Origin: Pseudomonadota bacterium | GTDB lineage: Bacteria > Pseudomonadota > Gammaproteobacteria > Pseudomonadales > Azotimanducaceae | DNA: 64,000 nucleotides | Direction: 5' to 3' | Assembly (NCBI GenBank): GCA_039198065.1 | Contig: JBCCTU010000004.1 | Location: 257,795 to 321,794 of the forward strand | Shown: piece by piece, positions 9,992 through 19,878 of the stretch | Layout of the letters: every line of letters begins with the position of its first letter | How positions within the stretch are numbered: the first letter of the stretch is position 1 | The notes under the pieces: generated by a model | What the model saw: the letters and a program-made list of their open reading frames with translations, nothing else | Told to the model about the DNA's origin: nothing | The model's database searches: none | Translations under genes and position numbers: made by a program

Positions 9992-11075
9992 GCTCTTTGG
10001 CCTTGCCGACCGGTACATCGCAACGCGGATCATCGGTGCCGTGATCGTCATATTGCTGGCGTTTACCGGGCTGCTGGTGCTGTTCGCGTTGCTGGAAGAG
10101 TTCGAGGACCGCAGCGGCACCTACGGCTACTGGCAGGCTTCGCTCTATGTTCTGTACACGCTTCCGAGACAGGTCTACACCGTTTTGCCTTACGCGGTTT
10201 TCCTCGGATCCCTCGTTGGGCTCGGGAACCTAGCCTCCAGCGGACAGCTCACCGCCTTTCGCGCCGCTGGCATGAATCCCGGCCGGCTGTTTCGCGGCGT
10301 GTTCGCTGCCGTTGCGCTGTTCACCGCGTTCGGCCTTCTCCTTGGCGAGCGCGTCGCGCCGGATGGCGAAGCGCGCGCAACGCTTGCGAAAACTCAGGCG
10401 CGGCAGGGCAGCCTTGATGTGGTGTTGCGACGCGGCTACTGGTACCGCGAAGACGAGCTGTTCATGAGCGTTGATGGCCTCAGCCGGGACGGCGAACTGC
10501 GGGGCGTGCGGCAGTTCTGGTTCGATGGCAATAACCGCTTACTTCGTTCCCGCTATGCCAACAGTGCGAGTTACCGCCCGGCGGCCTCGGGACGACCGGG
10601 AAGCTGGGAACTGCGCGGCGTCGTGGAATCGCTCATCGACGACGGGCGAATCGAGACCCAACGGCACGAGCGGCTGGACTGGCCCGGGTCGGTTACTCCG
10701 GAATTGCTCAGCAGCAGCGTGCTGCTCGAGCCCGGCAAGCTGTCGATCTCGGCGCTGGCACTGCAGGTCGACTACATGCGCCGCGAGGGATTAGAACCGG
10801 GCGTGTACCAGATCGAGTTCTGGAGCAAGCTGCTGCAACCGCTGTCGGTGCTGGCGTTGTCGCTGTTGGCGCTGGGGTTCGTGCTGGGACCGCTTCGACA
10901 AGTGAGTCTTGGAACGCGCCTCGCGACCGGGATCTTCACCGGTCTCGGATTTAAATACCTGCAGGACCTGTTCGCGCCGATGACGCAGGTCTACGGCTTG
11001 CCGGCACCGATTGCCGTGCTGATACCGATTGCGCTCTGCGCATTGGCGGCGGTGACGGCAATCCGCCGAGCCTGA
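9984..11075 (+). CDS. lptG: LPS export ABC transporter permease LptG
   Basis: 363-aa YjgP/YjgQ family protein that overlaps the lptF stop. The N-terminus is DRYIATRIIGAV…. Confidence 0.9.
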   Translation: MAKLFGLADRYIATRIIGAVIVILLAFTGLLVLFALLEEFEDRSGTYGYWQASLYVLYTLPRQVYTVLPYAVFLGSLVGLGNLASSGQLTAFRAAGMNPGRLFRGVFAAVALFTAFGLLLGERVAPDGEARATLAKTQARQGSLDVVLRRGYWYREDELFMSVDGLSRDGELRGVRQFWFDGNNRLLRSRYANSASYRPAASGRPGSWELRGVVESLIDDGRIETQRHERLDWPGSVTPELLSSSVLLEPGKLSISALALQVDYMRREGLEPGVYQIEFWSKLLQPLSVLALSLLALGFVLGPLRQVSLGTRLATGIFTGLGFKYLQDLFAPMTQVYGLPAPIAVLIPIALCALAAVTAIRRA

Positions 11076-11096
11076 TGGCGATGCGTCACCCAGCGT

Positions 11097-11579
11097 TCAG
11101 GTGCTCCACCAGGTGCCGCCGAGCTGTGGGTCATATTCAATCCGGCTTCCTGACAGCAGATCCGCCCAGCTGCGATTCTGCCGGTCGATGAGAATCCACA
11201 GGTAGCCGAGACCGAAGCAGGCTAACCCGAGGGTTCCACCCAGCAGTCGCAGCGCCGCCTGCGCGAAGCGCAGCGGTACGGGTTCGACGCGCAGGCGCCA
11301 GGCCAGCATACCCAGCGTTTGCCCGCGGTAGACCCAGGACAGGCCGAAGTAGGCAAACAGTTCCAGGAACAGCAGCGTTTGGTAGGGCGCCCCGCCAATC
11401 GCCCGGCCATTGGCGAGTACCAGAACGAACGACGTCAGCAACCAGATGCCGGCGACCGGTAGGAAGTCGTACAGCATTGACGCCAGCACCCGCAGCAGCG
11501 GCGCGGGCCGTCGAGCCAGCAGTTCGTGGCTCGACGGTTCGTCACCGGGTGGCGGGGTTTCGCTAGCGGCAGGCTTCAA
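11097..11579 (-). CDS. RDD-family membrane protein (tentative)
   Basis: 160 aa with three hydrophobic helices and a C-terminal …DRQNRSWADLLSGSRI… resembling the RDD signature. An RDD gene following lptG is common. Confidence 0.55.
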   Translation of the reverse strand: MKPAASETPPPGDEPSSHELLARRPAPLLRVLASMLYDFLPVAGIWLLTSFVLVLANGRAIGGAPYQTLLFLELFAYFGLSWVYRGQTLGMLAWRLRVEPVPLRFAQAALRLLGGTLGLACFGLGYLWILIDRQNRSWADLLSGSRIEYDPQLGGTWWST

Positions 11580-11600
11580 AGACGACGGTGTCCGGCAGGA

Positions 11601-13070
11601 TCAAAAGGCTGCGGCACCATCCTTAATGTGAACGTCGCGACCGCAGAATTCGTTGGCAATCATGGCGTTCAGGGTGTCAGTGTCGCGGCAATTGGCCCAG
11701 CAGCGCTCACCGCCGGGTAGCCGTGCGGCGACGTGCGCGATTTCGGGACCCTTGGCGCCGTACATGACTGCGTAGCCTTCGACTGTCGCGGTACCGGAGG
11801 CATCCTTGACGACGTCGCGCTTCAACTCTGCGTCGACTTGCGCCTGCAGGTCTTCGTGCTGAAACGGGTGTGCTGGCGGTGTGGCGCTGTAAACGCCAAA
11901 GGCGTGTTTGGTCAAGTACCCACCGTTTGCGGTAACCAGCGCCTTGGCATCGGCATCCTCGCGTAGCAGCTCGACGGTACGAGCGATGGAATGCATGACG
12001 TAGTTGTTCAGCGGCCCACCGGCGAAGGTCAAGCCACCGGTCACCGTTAACGGACGCTCGAGGCTTAAGCCCAGCTCCCGCGCCGCCACCTGAACCGCAA
12101 CCGGGAAGCAGCTGTAGACGTCGATGTGTTTCAGATCATCGGCGGTGACGCCCGCAAGCTCCAGCACGCGACGCCCGGCAAAGCGGATCGCCGGCGATTC
12201 GAACAGCGTGTCTCGATGGGAGACGTAGAGATGATCGGTGGCGTCGGTACCCGCGTGGGGGTACACCCATTTTGATTCGGGAATGCCGAGCGCGCGCGCC
12301 TTGTCCGTCGAACAGACAATCAGCGCTGCGGCCTGATCGACGTTGTTGTTCGAGTTCATGAACTTTGGGTAGGGAAAAGAGACGGGTCGGTTGCTGGCAC
12401 TGGGTGTGGCGATCTCTTCGGCGCTCACCGGCGAGCGGATCCAAGCGTGCGGGTTGTCTGCCGCGACCGCGCTGAACCCGGCCCACAGCCGAGCGATATG
12501 GGCCTGATGCTCCTCGACGCCGTGTCCCAACGCGTGTCGCAGTGCCGTTTCAAACATCGGGTAGAACTGAATGGGCGCTCGAATGCCGGCTGCCGCTTCG
12601 ACCTCGTGGTTCATCGGCTTGTCGTCACCGAGCAGCCGATCCGGGGTGCCCGGCAGCTTCATCCATTCTTTGCGCGTGCCCGCTCGGCGCGCTTTCGCCT
12701 GGGTGTTTCCACACTCGGCGCCGGTGATGAGAATGACGTCATGGGCACCGCTCTGAATGTCGAGACAGCTCAGATTGGTGGTGGTCTGCACATAGTTGCC
12801 ACCGTAAGGCGACAGCGCCGTTTCCACCGAACCGAGCCCCAGCGCATCGGCCACGTAGCGCGCCGGATTCTTGTAGGGCCAGATCCCGCGAATGACACGA
12901 ACGCTGCCGGCGGCGTCGAGCACCCCGGGGTTGCCGCAGTCCTCAGCGGCAGCCCGCAGGGCGTCGATCATCAGGTCGGCGGGTTCTTTACCCTCGGTGT
13001 ATTCCTGGATGCGCTGCTCGAGCTGAGCGACACCGACGATGACGGGGGTTACGGCAGACCCTGGCATCAA
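11601..13070 (-). CDS. Thiolase-fold protein (acetyl-CoA acetyltransferase / SCP-x-like)
   Basis: 489 aa with overall thiolase-like organisation. It is coupled by a 4-nt overlap to the upstream FadB-like gene. Confidence 0.75.
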   Translation of the reverse strand: MMPGSAVTPVIVGVAQLEQRIQEYTEGKEPADLMIDALRAAAEDCGNPGVLDAAGSVRVIRGIWPYKNPARYVADALGLGSVETALSPYGGNYVQTTTNLSCLDIQSGAHDVILITGAECGNTQAKARRAGTRKEWMKLPGTPDRLLGDDKPMNHEVEAAAGIRAPIQFYPMFETALRHALGHGVEEHQAHIARLWAGFSAVAADNPHAWIRSPVSAEEIATPSASNRPVSFPYPKFMNSNNNVDQAAALIVCSTDKARALGIPESKWVYPHAGTDATDHLYVSHRDTLFESPAIRFAGRRVLELAGVTADDLKHIDVYSCFPVAVQVAARELGLSLERPLTVTGGLTFAGGPLNNYVMHSIARTVELLREDADAKALVTANGGYLTKHAFGVYSATPPAHPFQHEDLQAQVDAELKRDVVKDASGTATVEGYAVMYGAKGPEIAHVAARLPGGERCWANCRDTDTLNAMIANEFCGRDVHIKDGAAAF

Positions 13071-15181
13071 CCTTTGCCTCCGATGCTGGCGAGCGCCTTA
13101 CCTTCAGCAACCAACGTCTCGAGCAGCGGCGCCGGCTCCCAGGCGGGACCGCCGTACACCTCGCCGAAGCGCTTGATCTCCGCCAGCACCGTGTCCAGAC
13201 CCTGCTGTTCGGCCCAGAACATTGGGCCGCCGGTGACTTCCGGGAAGCCGTAGCCGTTGAGGTAGACGATATCGATGTCGCTGGCGCGCAGGGCAATACC
13301 CTCATCGAGGATTTTCAGGCCCTCGTTGACCAGCGGATACAGACAGCGCTTGAGCACTTCGTCGTCGCTGATGTCCTGGCGTTCGATGCCGAGCTCTTTG
13401 CTGGTTTCCTCAACAAGTGCGACGACCTCCGGGTCGGGTTGGCCGGCACGGCTGCCTTCGGGATAGATGTAGAAGCCTCGCGAGGTCTTCTGCCCGAAGC
13501 GCTCCATTTCACACAGCTTGTCGGCGACGCGCGCCGTGATCGGAACGTCTTCCGGCGCAACGTTCGCGAGCTTGCGAGCGCGCCATCCGAGGTCCAGACC
13601 GACAAGGTCGTTCATCTGGAACGGACCCATGGGCATACCGAAGGTGTTCATGACCGAGTCCACCTGATAGGGCGTCGCGCCCTGGAGGATGATCTCGCCG
13701 GCTTGCCGGGTGTATTGACCGAGCATTCGGTTGCCAATGAATCCCGGCGCGTTACCGGACAGCACGGGCACTTTGCGCAGCCGCTTACCGAGTTTCATGG
13801 CGGTAGCGATGACGTCCTTAGCCGTTTTATCGCCGCGAACAACTTCCAGCAGCCGCATGACGTTGGCGGGGCTGAAGAAGTGCAGGCCAATGACATCCTG
13901 TGGGCGCTTCGTCGCGCTGGCGATGGCGTCGACGTCCAAGGCTGACGTGTTGCTGGCGAGGATCGCGCCGGGCTTAGCGACGGAGTCCATCTTGACGAAG
14001 GTTTCTTTCTTGACGTCCAGGTTTTCGTAGACGGCTTCGATGATGAGGTCAGCGGTGCCGAGGTCACCGTATTCAAGTGTGCCCGTCAGCAGGCCCATGC
14101 GCTCGTTGACCTGGGCTTCCGTCATGCGCCCACGGCTGACCTGGATGTCGTAGTTCTTCTTGATCACCCCGAGGCCTCGATCGAGCGCCTCCTGGTTCAT
14201 TTCCAGCACGGTCACCGGAATGCCGACGTTGACGAAGCTCATGGCGATGCCGCCACCCATGGTGCCGCAGCCGATCACGGCGGCCGTCTTTACGTCGCGG
14301 ATCGGCGTGTCCTTGGGCACGTCCGGCACCTTCGTGACCTCTCGTTCGGAGAAGAACACGTGGATGAGAGCCTGGCGCTGCGGGTGCATCAAGCACTGCG
14401 CGAAGCGTTCCTGTTCGACGGCCATGCCGGCATCGAAGTCGCTATCGTTAACGGCAGCTTCAACACACTGAATGATCATCTCGGGGGCGAAACGACCGCG
14501 CATTTTCCGCGCCGCCAGCTTGCGCGCGTTGTCGAAGATCTCACTGTTACCGCGGTCGGCCTCGATCAGTTTCGTTTCGTTACGGATCTTGCGAGTCGGT
14601 GAACCGTTGGCGATGAGTTCGTCAGCGAAGGCGAAGGCACCGTCGAGCAAATCGCCGTCGATGACTTTGTCAACGATGCCGAGTTCCGTCGCCTGGGGCG
14701 CTGGGATGGGATCGCCGGTAAGAATGAAATTGAGCGCCTTCTCGGCACCGATCAGTCTCGGCAACCGTTGCGTGCCACCGGCACCCGGAAGCAGCCCGAG
14801 CTTCACTTCCGGCAGCCCAACGGGTGCGGTTGGGCTGGCGACACGGTAGTCGCAGCACAGGGCTACTTCGAGGCCACCACCGAAGGCGGTGCCGTTGAGT
14901 GCCGCTACGATCGGCTTTTCGCTGCCCTCCATGAGCTTCAGGCACTCGTGCAGACTCGGGCCTTCAGCGGCGCCGCCGAACTCTGAAATGTCGGCTCCGG
15001 CAATGAACGCGCGGCCCGCACCGGTGAGAACGATGGCCTTGATGGCATCGTCGGCGAGGGCCTGCTTGATGCCCGCATCGAGCCCGGCGCGAACACCGCT
15101 CGACAGCGGGTTAACTGGCGGATTGTCCACGGTCATCAGGGCAATGTGACCACGGGCTTCGTAGTGAACGGTACCTTTCAT
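13067..15181 (-). CDS. Bifunctional enoyl-CoA hydratase / 3-hydroxyacyl-CoA dehydrogenase (FadB/FadJ-like)
   Basis: 704 aa. The N-terminal crotonase fold includes …GAGRAFIAGADISEF… and …GGGLEVALCCDYRVA…. The central Rossmann region reads AAVIGCGTMGGGIA. A C-terminal 3HCDH domain follows. Confidence 0.9.
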   Translation of the reverse strand: MKGTVHYEARGHIALMTVDNPPVNPLSSGVRAGLDAGIKQALADDAIKAIVLTGAGRAFIAGADISEFGGAAEGPSLHECLKLMEGSEKPIVAALNGTAFGGGLEVALCCDYRVASPTAPVGLPEVKLGLLPGAGGTQRLPRLIGAEKALNFILTGDPIPAPQATELGIVDKVIDGDLLDGAFAFADELIANGSPTRKIRNETKLIEADRGNSEIFDNARKLAARKMRGRFAPEMIIQCVEAAVNDSDFDAGMAVEQERFAQCLMHPQRQALIHVFFSEREVTKVPDVPKDTPIRDVKTAAVIGCGTMGGGIAMSFVNVGIPVTVLEMNQEALDRGLGVIKKNYDIQVSRGRMTEAQVNERMGLLTGTLEYGDLGTADLIIEAVYENLDVKKETFVKMDSVAKPGAILASNTSALDVDAIASATKRPQDVIGLHFFSPANVMRLLEVVRGDKTAKDVIATAMKLGKRLRKVPVLSGNAPGFIGNRMLGQYTRQAGEIILQGATPYQVDSVMNTFGMPMGPFQMNDLVGLDLGWRARKLANVAPEDVPITARVADKLCEMERFGQKTSRGFYIYPEGSRAGQPDPEVVALVEETSKELGIERQDISDDEVLKRCLYPLVNEGLKILDEGIALRASDIDIVYLNGYGFPEVTGGPMFWAEQQGLDTVLAEIKRFGEVYGGPAWEPAPLLETLVAEGKALASIGGKG

Positions 15182-15374
15182 CAGGGGCTCCCCATAAATT
15201 CAGGGGGCGAAGTATCAACGCTTTGCCGACGATCGCCAAATCCGTTCAGCGCTCCGTCAGCTTCAGTTCAGCCCCGAGACAGGCGGGGTTCAGGGGCAGT
15301 TCAATGGCCCGGACCTAGGGTAGGTACGAGGCTGGTGAAACACGTTGTTGGCCAGCGAACAGGAGAATCTGCCT

Positions 15375-16133
15375 ATGAGCACTAGCAAACCCAAACGACG
15401 CAAAGGCCTCGGTCTGGCGGCAGCAGCGCTGCTCGCAGTCGGGGTTGGTTCCGCGCAGGCTGATCCGCGGCTGGGACCACCCGTCTTCGGCAAAGTCGCG
15501 GGCACGGTCGTACCGGTTAATCATCGGCACGTCCGCGATCCGAGCTGGGCTTTAGGCTTTGACAGCGTTGTGGGGCCGTTCTGGGGTGTGTACTTCGGCA
15601 GCTTTCATCGACCGCTTTCGTTCGATGATTGGTGCTACCTCGAAGAGCGTCACCGACGCTACACCCGGGGCTTCAACCGGTTGTCACCGCGGCAACGCGC
15701 GCGCCTTGCACATCGCCACTACCGTCGTTACCTCAATGATTTTCAGCGCTTTCGCGCCTTTGAGCGACGCTATTACGGCCAGCTGCGCTATCCGCATCGC
15801 GCCTATCGCGGTCAACGCGACCTGTTGGCCGAGCATCGCGCGCGCCGCTTCAACGACCGCTTTGATCGCCGCGTGGAGCGCCGCGTAGAACGCCAGCTCG
15901 CACGCGAACGCGCCCGTCGTGCCGAACGACGCGCTGATCGCAGGGAGCGACGTGCCATTCGTCAGGAGCAGCGGATCGAGCGGGAGGTCGATCGACGTGT
16001 TGAGCGGCGGCTCGCGCGCAACGACCGCGCCGAGCGTCGTGATCGGCGCCTAGACCGAAGAACGGATCGACAAATGGACCGAAGAACGGACCGCCGAACC
16101 GATCGTCGTCAGGACCGGCGCCGCGACGGCTGA
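15375..16133 (+). CDS. Signal-peptide protein with an extremely Arg/Asp/Glu-rich repetitive C-terminal half
   Basis: ATG at 15375 lies 8 nt after AGGAGA, and the track ORF starts 30 nt earlier. The N-terminus MSTSKPKRRKGLGLAAAALLAVGVGSAQA/DP looks like a Sec signal. The C-terminus reads …RRVERRVERQLARERARRAERRADRRERRAIRQEQRIEREVDRRVERRLARNDRAERRDRRLDRRTDRQMDRRTDRRTDRRQDRRRDG. Confidence 0.5.
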   Translation: MSTSKPKRRKGLGLAAAALLAVGVGSAQADPRLGPPVFGKVAGTVVPVNHRHVRDPSWALGFDSVVGPFWGVYFGSFHRPLSFDDWCYLEERHRRYTRGFNRLSPRQRARLAHRHYRRYLNDFQRFRAFERRYYGQLRYPHRAYRGQRDLLAEHRARRFNDRFDRRVERRVERQLARERARRAERRADRRERRAIRQEQRIEREVDRRVERRLARNDRAERRDRRLDRRTDRQMDRRTDRRTDRRQDRRRDG

Positions 16134-17734
16134 GCGTCTGCCCCGGCGGGGCGCTTTGCCCAGGGCAACCGCAGCTCGAAACTGGCGCCGGACTCCGGGT
16201 CCGGTGCCAGCCGTAACTCACCGCCGCCCTGAGCCAGCAGCTTACGGGCGATGGGCAGTCCGAGGCCGGTACCCCCGGTCTCTCTGCGGGTTGTAAAGAA
16301 CGGCTCGAACACCTTCTCTCGATTGCCCGCGGAAATCCCGTCACCGTCGTCAGTAAATCGCAATTCGAGATAGGTCGGATGTGCTGTTGCCCGCACCTCC
16401 AGCGAGCGGGCGTTGTGGCGCCGGGCATTGTCCACCAGGCACTCGATGGCCGCGGTCAGGGCTTCGGCGGAGCCGCGCACTGCAGCGAGGGGCTGGTCCC
16501 GCCAGTGCAGCTTCAGCTGCTCTCCGCTGAGCTCGTCAACGGCCTCGGTGAGCACCGCGCCCGGTTCATAGCTGTCTCGTACTGCTGTGGGTGCCACTTC
16601 TGCACGCGTGAGATCGAGCAATCGTTGCGTCAGGGTTTGAAGACGCTGCGTGTCGTTGCCGATGTTGTCTAGAAAGCGCGCGCGTTGGGCATCGGACATG
16701 TCGGCGCCGTGGTCTTCGAGCACTTCAACCGCACCACGAATGCTGGTGATGGGCGTCTTGAACTCGTGCGATACATGGCGGGAGAACTCTTCGAGCGCCG
16801 CGGCGCGCTGCTCGAGGCGTTCAGTCATCGCCAGAATGCCTTCCTGCAGCTTGGCGATTTCGTAGGTCCGTGCGCTGATCAACGGTTTCAAATCCGTGGC
16901 TTCGCCGGCAGCGATCCGATCCGCTCGATCGGCAAGCTGCGAGATCGGTCGGGTGACAAGCCGGCTCGCAAGCAGCGACATGACCCAGGTTAACGCCAGC
17001 AAGGCAACAAAGGCCTGGATGAGCAGCCAGCGTTTGGCGTATAGGGCCTGAACGATGTTCGGCGGCGTCCGGGACAGCAGCACCGTACCGACGAGCCGTT
17101 GGTGCAGCAGCACCGGTATCGCAACAAACACGCGGATTTCGTTGGTCCGGCTCAACGAGTCAATGGACAGCGCGTCGTTGAGGTCGTCGCGCTTGCGCAG
17201 CGTGCTGGCGTGGATGCCGTTTAGCGCTTGACGCACCTCTTCGCTGCGATTGATCTGCAGGCCGAGGTCACGGCCGGTGCTCGCAACGATGACTCCCCAG
17301 GGGTCGGTGACGCGAATACCGGCCAGCGTCACTGCCTGGGCGTCGTTCAGCATCGGGACCAGACGCTCCCCCACGGTGACCGCCAGGGTTTCGGCCTGAC
17401 GTTCGCGATAACCGGACGGGAAAGGCGAAAGGATTGGTGTGGTGGCGAGATCCAGCGTTGCCGGAAACGCGCGCCAATCGGAACCGTCCAGAACGGGACT
17501 GCCCGCGACGAGCTCCCGACTGGCCAGGGGCCAGCTGTTTGGTGCGGTTTCGTTGAGCAGCGAACGGTAGGCAGCGGCGACGAAAGCGCCCTGAGCAATC
17601 AGCGCGGATTCGGTCTGCCGCACCAGCGCGCTTTCGTATAGGCGCAGTAACTGGATGCCAGCCAGGGGCGACAGCAGGATCAGTACGTTGGACAGAATCA
17701 GCAGCGTTCGCAGCCGGGGTTTCGGCCAGCGCAC
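16109..17734 (-). CDS. Sensor histidine kinase (two TM segments, HAMP, HisKA, HATPase_c)
   Basis: 541 aa with H-box SRHVSHEFKTPITSI and G-box GGTGLGLPIARKL. It lies directly downstream of the response regulator. Confidence 0.9.
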   Translation of the reverse strand: MRWPKPRLRTLLILSNVLILLSPLAGIQLLRLYESALVRQTESALIAQGAFVAAAYRSLLNETAPNSWPLASRELVAGSPVLDGSDWRAFPATLDLATTPILSPFPSGYRERQAETLAVTVGERLVPMLNDAQAVTLAGIRVTDPWGVIVASTGRDLGLQINRSEEVRQALNGIHASTLRKRDDLNDALSIDSLSRTNEIRVFVAIPVLLHQRLVGTVLLSRTPPNIVQALYAKRWLLIQAFVALLALTWVMSLLASRLVTRPISQLADRADRIAAGEATDLKPLISARTYEIAKLQEGILAMTERLEQRAAALEEFSRHVSHEFKTPITSIRGAVEVLEDHGADMSDAQRARFLDNIGNDTQRLQTLTQRLLDLTRAEVAPTAVRDSYEPGAVLTEAVDELSGEQLKLHWRDQPLAAVRGSAEALTAAIECLVDNARRHNARSLEVRATAHPTYLELRFTDDGDGISAGNREKVFEPFFTTRRETGGTGLGLPIARKLLAQGGGELRLAPDPESGASFELRLPWAKRPAGADAQPSRRRS

Positions 17735-17739
17735 GAGCG

Positions 17740-18420
17740 TCAGTCGATCTGCAGGCGATAACCGACGCCGTGAACGGTTTTGATGCCTGGGGCACCGGCC
17801 TTGTTTAGCTTGTCGCGTAGCCGCCGGATGTGTGAGTCGATGGTTCGGTCGCTAACGATGCGGCGTGTGTCGTAGGCGCCTTGCATGAGCTGATCCCGCG
17901 ACAGAACCTTGTCGGCGTTCCGGGCCAGTGTTGCAAGCATGCAGAACTCCGTATGCGTGAGCGGCAGCAGCGATTCGTTGTAGTGGGCCTCAAAGGTATC
18001 GCTGTTGATGGTGAGCCCACCGAGCGTCAGCGTGGCGTTCGACGTATCGGCCCGATCCTGATCGACGCGCCGCAGATTCGCTTTGACCCGCGCCACCAGC
18101 TCTCGCGGGCTGAACGGCTTGACCAGGTAGTCGTCGCCGCCGAGCTCCAGCCCCAGAATTCGGTCGACTTCCTCATCTTTCGACGACAGGAACACGATGG
18201 GCACGGTGGAGCTGCTGCGAAGCTGCTGGCAGACGGCGAGGCCGTCCGCTTCCGGCATGAGGACGTCGAGGACGACTAGGTCCGGACGGTGTCGGTCATG
18301 CTGGGTCAGGGCGGCACGCCCGTCCGCGGCTTCGAGGGTTTTGAAGCCGGCGCGCTGAAGCGCGAAGCACACGACTTCGCGAATGTGAGAGTCGTCGTCA
18401 GCCACGAGTACGGTTTGCAT
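17740..18420 (-). CDS. OmpR/PhoB-family response regulator
   Basis: 226 aa with a receiver domain (VLVADDDSHIRE…DLVVLDVLMPEADG) and a winged-helix C-terminus (…VHGVGYRLQ). Confidence 0.93.
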   Translation of the reverse strand: MQTVLVADDDSHIREVVCFALQRAGFKTLEAADGRAALTQHDRHRPDLVVLDVLMPEADGLAVCQQLRSSSTVPIVFLSSKDEEVDRILGLELGGDDYLVKPFSPRELVARVKANLRRVDQDRADTSNATLTLGGLTINSDTFEAHYNESLLPLTHTEFCMLATLARNADKVLSRDQLMQGAYDTRRIVSDRTIDSHIRRLRDKLNKAGAPGIKTVHGVGYRLQID

Positions 18421-18543
18421 GCGCTAAGTATACCGGCGCGACGCTCGGAATCCGGCGTTGCCGAACGATCTGCGAGCCGGTTGCGGTTTCTTGCGCAGAA
18501 TCGACGCATTTCGCCCCGGTGCCAGCGCGGTTAAGCTGCCAGG

Positions 18544-19878
18544 ATGACGTCTACTGTTCAGCCCGCGGCGCGCTCAACGAAGCACCAGCCTGTCGATGCC
18601 GCAGCCGCGAGCGGTACCGACCTCGTTGAGGACTTCGCCACCCGTCCGGTGCCCGATGATCAGACCTACAGCGGCTGGCGCATCGGTTTCGTGCTTGGGG
18701 GCATCGGTATCGCGCTCCCGGCACTGTTGAGTGGGGCAGAGGTTGGCCAGGCCCTCGGCTACGAGCGCTCGCTTCAGGCCTTTGCGTTGGCCGCACTGCT
18801 GGTTACAGCACTGTCCAGCCTGAGCGGCTGGGTGGGCATGCGCAGTCGCCTCTCGACCTACATGATTCTCAAGTTCGCCTTCGGATCGGGCGGTGCGACC
18901 TTCGTGAACCTGGCCTTCGCCGTGGCACAGTTCGGCTGGTTCGGGGTTAACGCGTACTTCTTCGGTACGGCGGCGGAGTCCGTGGGGCGGGAAGTCCTTG
19001 GGCTCGCCGTTCCATCGGCGGTTTATATCGTCAGCGGCGGTGTGCTCATGATCGCGGCGACCGTGTTCGGCTTCAAAGCCCTCGACAAGCTGGCGCTGCT
19101 CGCCTTTCCGTTACTGCTGGCGGTGTTGGCGGTCATGCTGGCGCGGACCTTCGACACGATGCCGGCCAGTGAGCTCGCAGCCCTTACCGGGAACGAGACA
19201 CTCACGCTGGCGCAGGCCGTTACCGTACTCGCCGGTGGCATCATCGTTGGCGTGTTGCTGGTACCGGATCTCACGCGCTACGCCCGCGGACCGTTCGATG
19301 TCGTGATCGCCGTCGTCATCGCGCTAACGCTGGTCGAGACCCTCGTGCATGTCGTAGCGGCCGGGCCGGCGCTGGCGTTTTCAGAGCTCGAGCCCCTGGC
19401 GTTGATGCGAGCGCTCGGTTTCGGGGTGGTGGCCTTTGCCTTTCTCATCTTCGCCAGCCTCTCAACCAACGTCGTTAACCTCTACGGTTCGTCCCTTGCC
19501 CTGGCTGCAATCCAGCCGCGGGTCCCAAGCTGGATCTACGTCGTCGTATCCGGTGCCATCGGAACGCTTCTGGGACTGCTCGATGTCGCCAGCTGGTTTA
19601 TCGACTTTTTAGTCTGGCAAAGCGTGCTGTTCAGTGCCGTGCTTGGGGTCTACGTGGTGGATTTCTTCGTCGTGCGTCGCGGCGCCTACGACCTGGCGAG
19701 CCTCGAAGGCCGTGCGTCGTTCAACGCCCGCGCCATGATCGCCTGGGCTTGCGGTGCCGCGATTGCGGCGGTGGCTTATCTCGGATGGTTCAGCATCACT
19801 GGGGCCGCGAATCTGGACGCCGTGCTGGTTGGGGCCGGTGTGTATGCAGCCCTTGAATCGCTTCGGCGGCGCGGCTGA
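18544..19878 (+). CDS. NCS1-family (purine-cytosine / hydantoin-type) permease
   Basis: 444-aa polytopic membrane protein with a CodB-like organisation. It is the first gene of a three-gene cluster with overlapping stop/start codons. Confidence 0.85.
   Translation: MTSTVQPAARSTKHQPVDAAAASGTDLVEDFATRPVPDDQTYSGWRIGFVLGGIGIALPALLSGAEVGQALGYERSLQAFALAALLVTALSSLSGWVGMRSRLSTYMILKFAFGSGGATFVNLAFAVAQFGWFGVNAYFFGTAAESVGREVLGLAVPSAVYIVSGGVLMIAATVFGFKALDKLALLAFPLLLAVLAVMLARTFDTMPASELAALTGNETLTLAQAVTVLAGGIIVGVLLVPDLTRYARGPFDVVIAVVIALTLVETLVHVVAAGPALAFSELEPLALMRALGFGVVAFAFLIFASLSTNVVNLYGSSLALAAIQPRVPSWIYVVVSGAIGTLLGLLDVASWFIDFLVWQSVLFSAVLGVYVVDFFVVRRGAYDLASLEGRASFNARAMIAWACGAAIAAVAYLGWFSITGAANLDAVLVGAGVYAALESLRRRG

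Noticed and set aside
15850-16428. 192-aa minus-strand ORF overlapping both the Arg-rich protein gene and the kinase gene
   Set aside because: It is a different frame of the kinase 3' region and antisense to the repeat ORF. It has neither an SD nor recognisable motifs.
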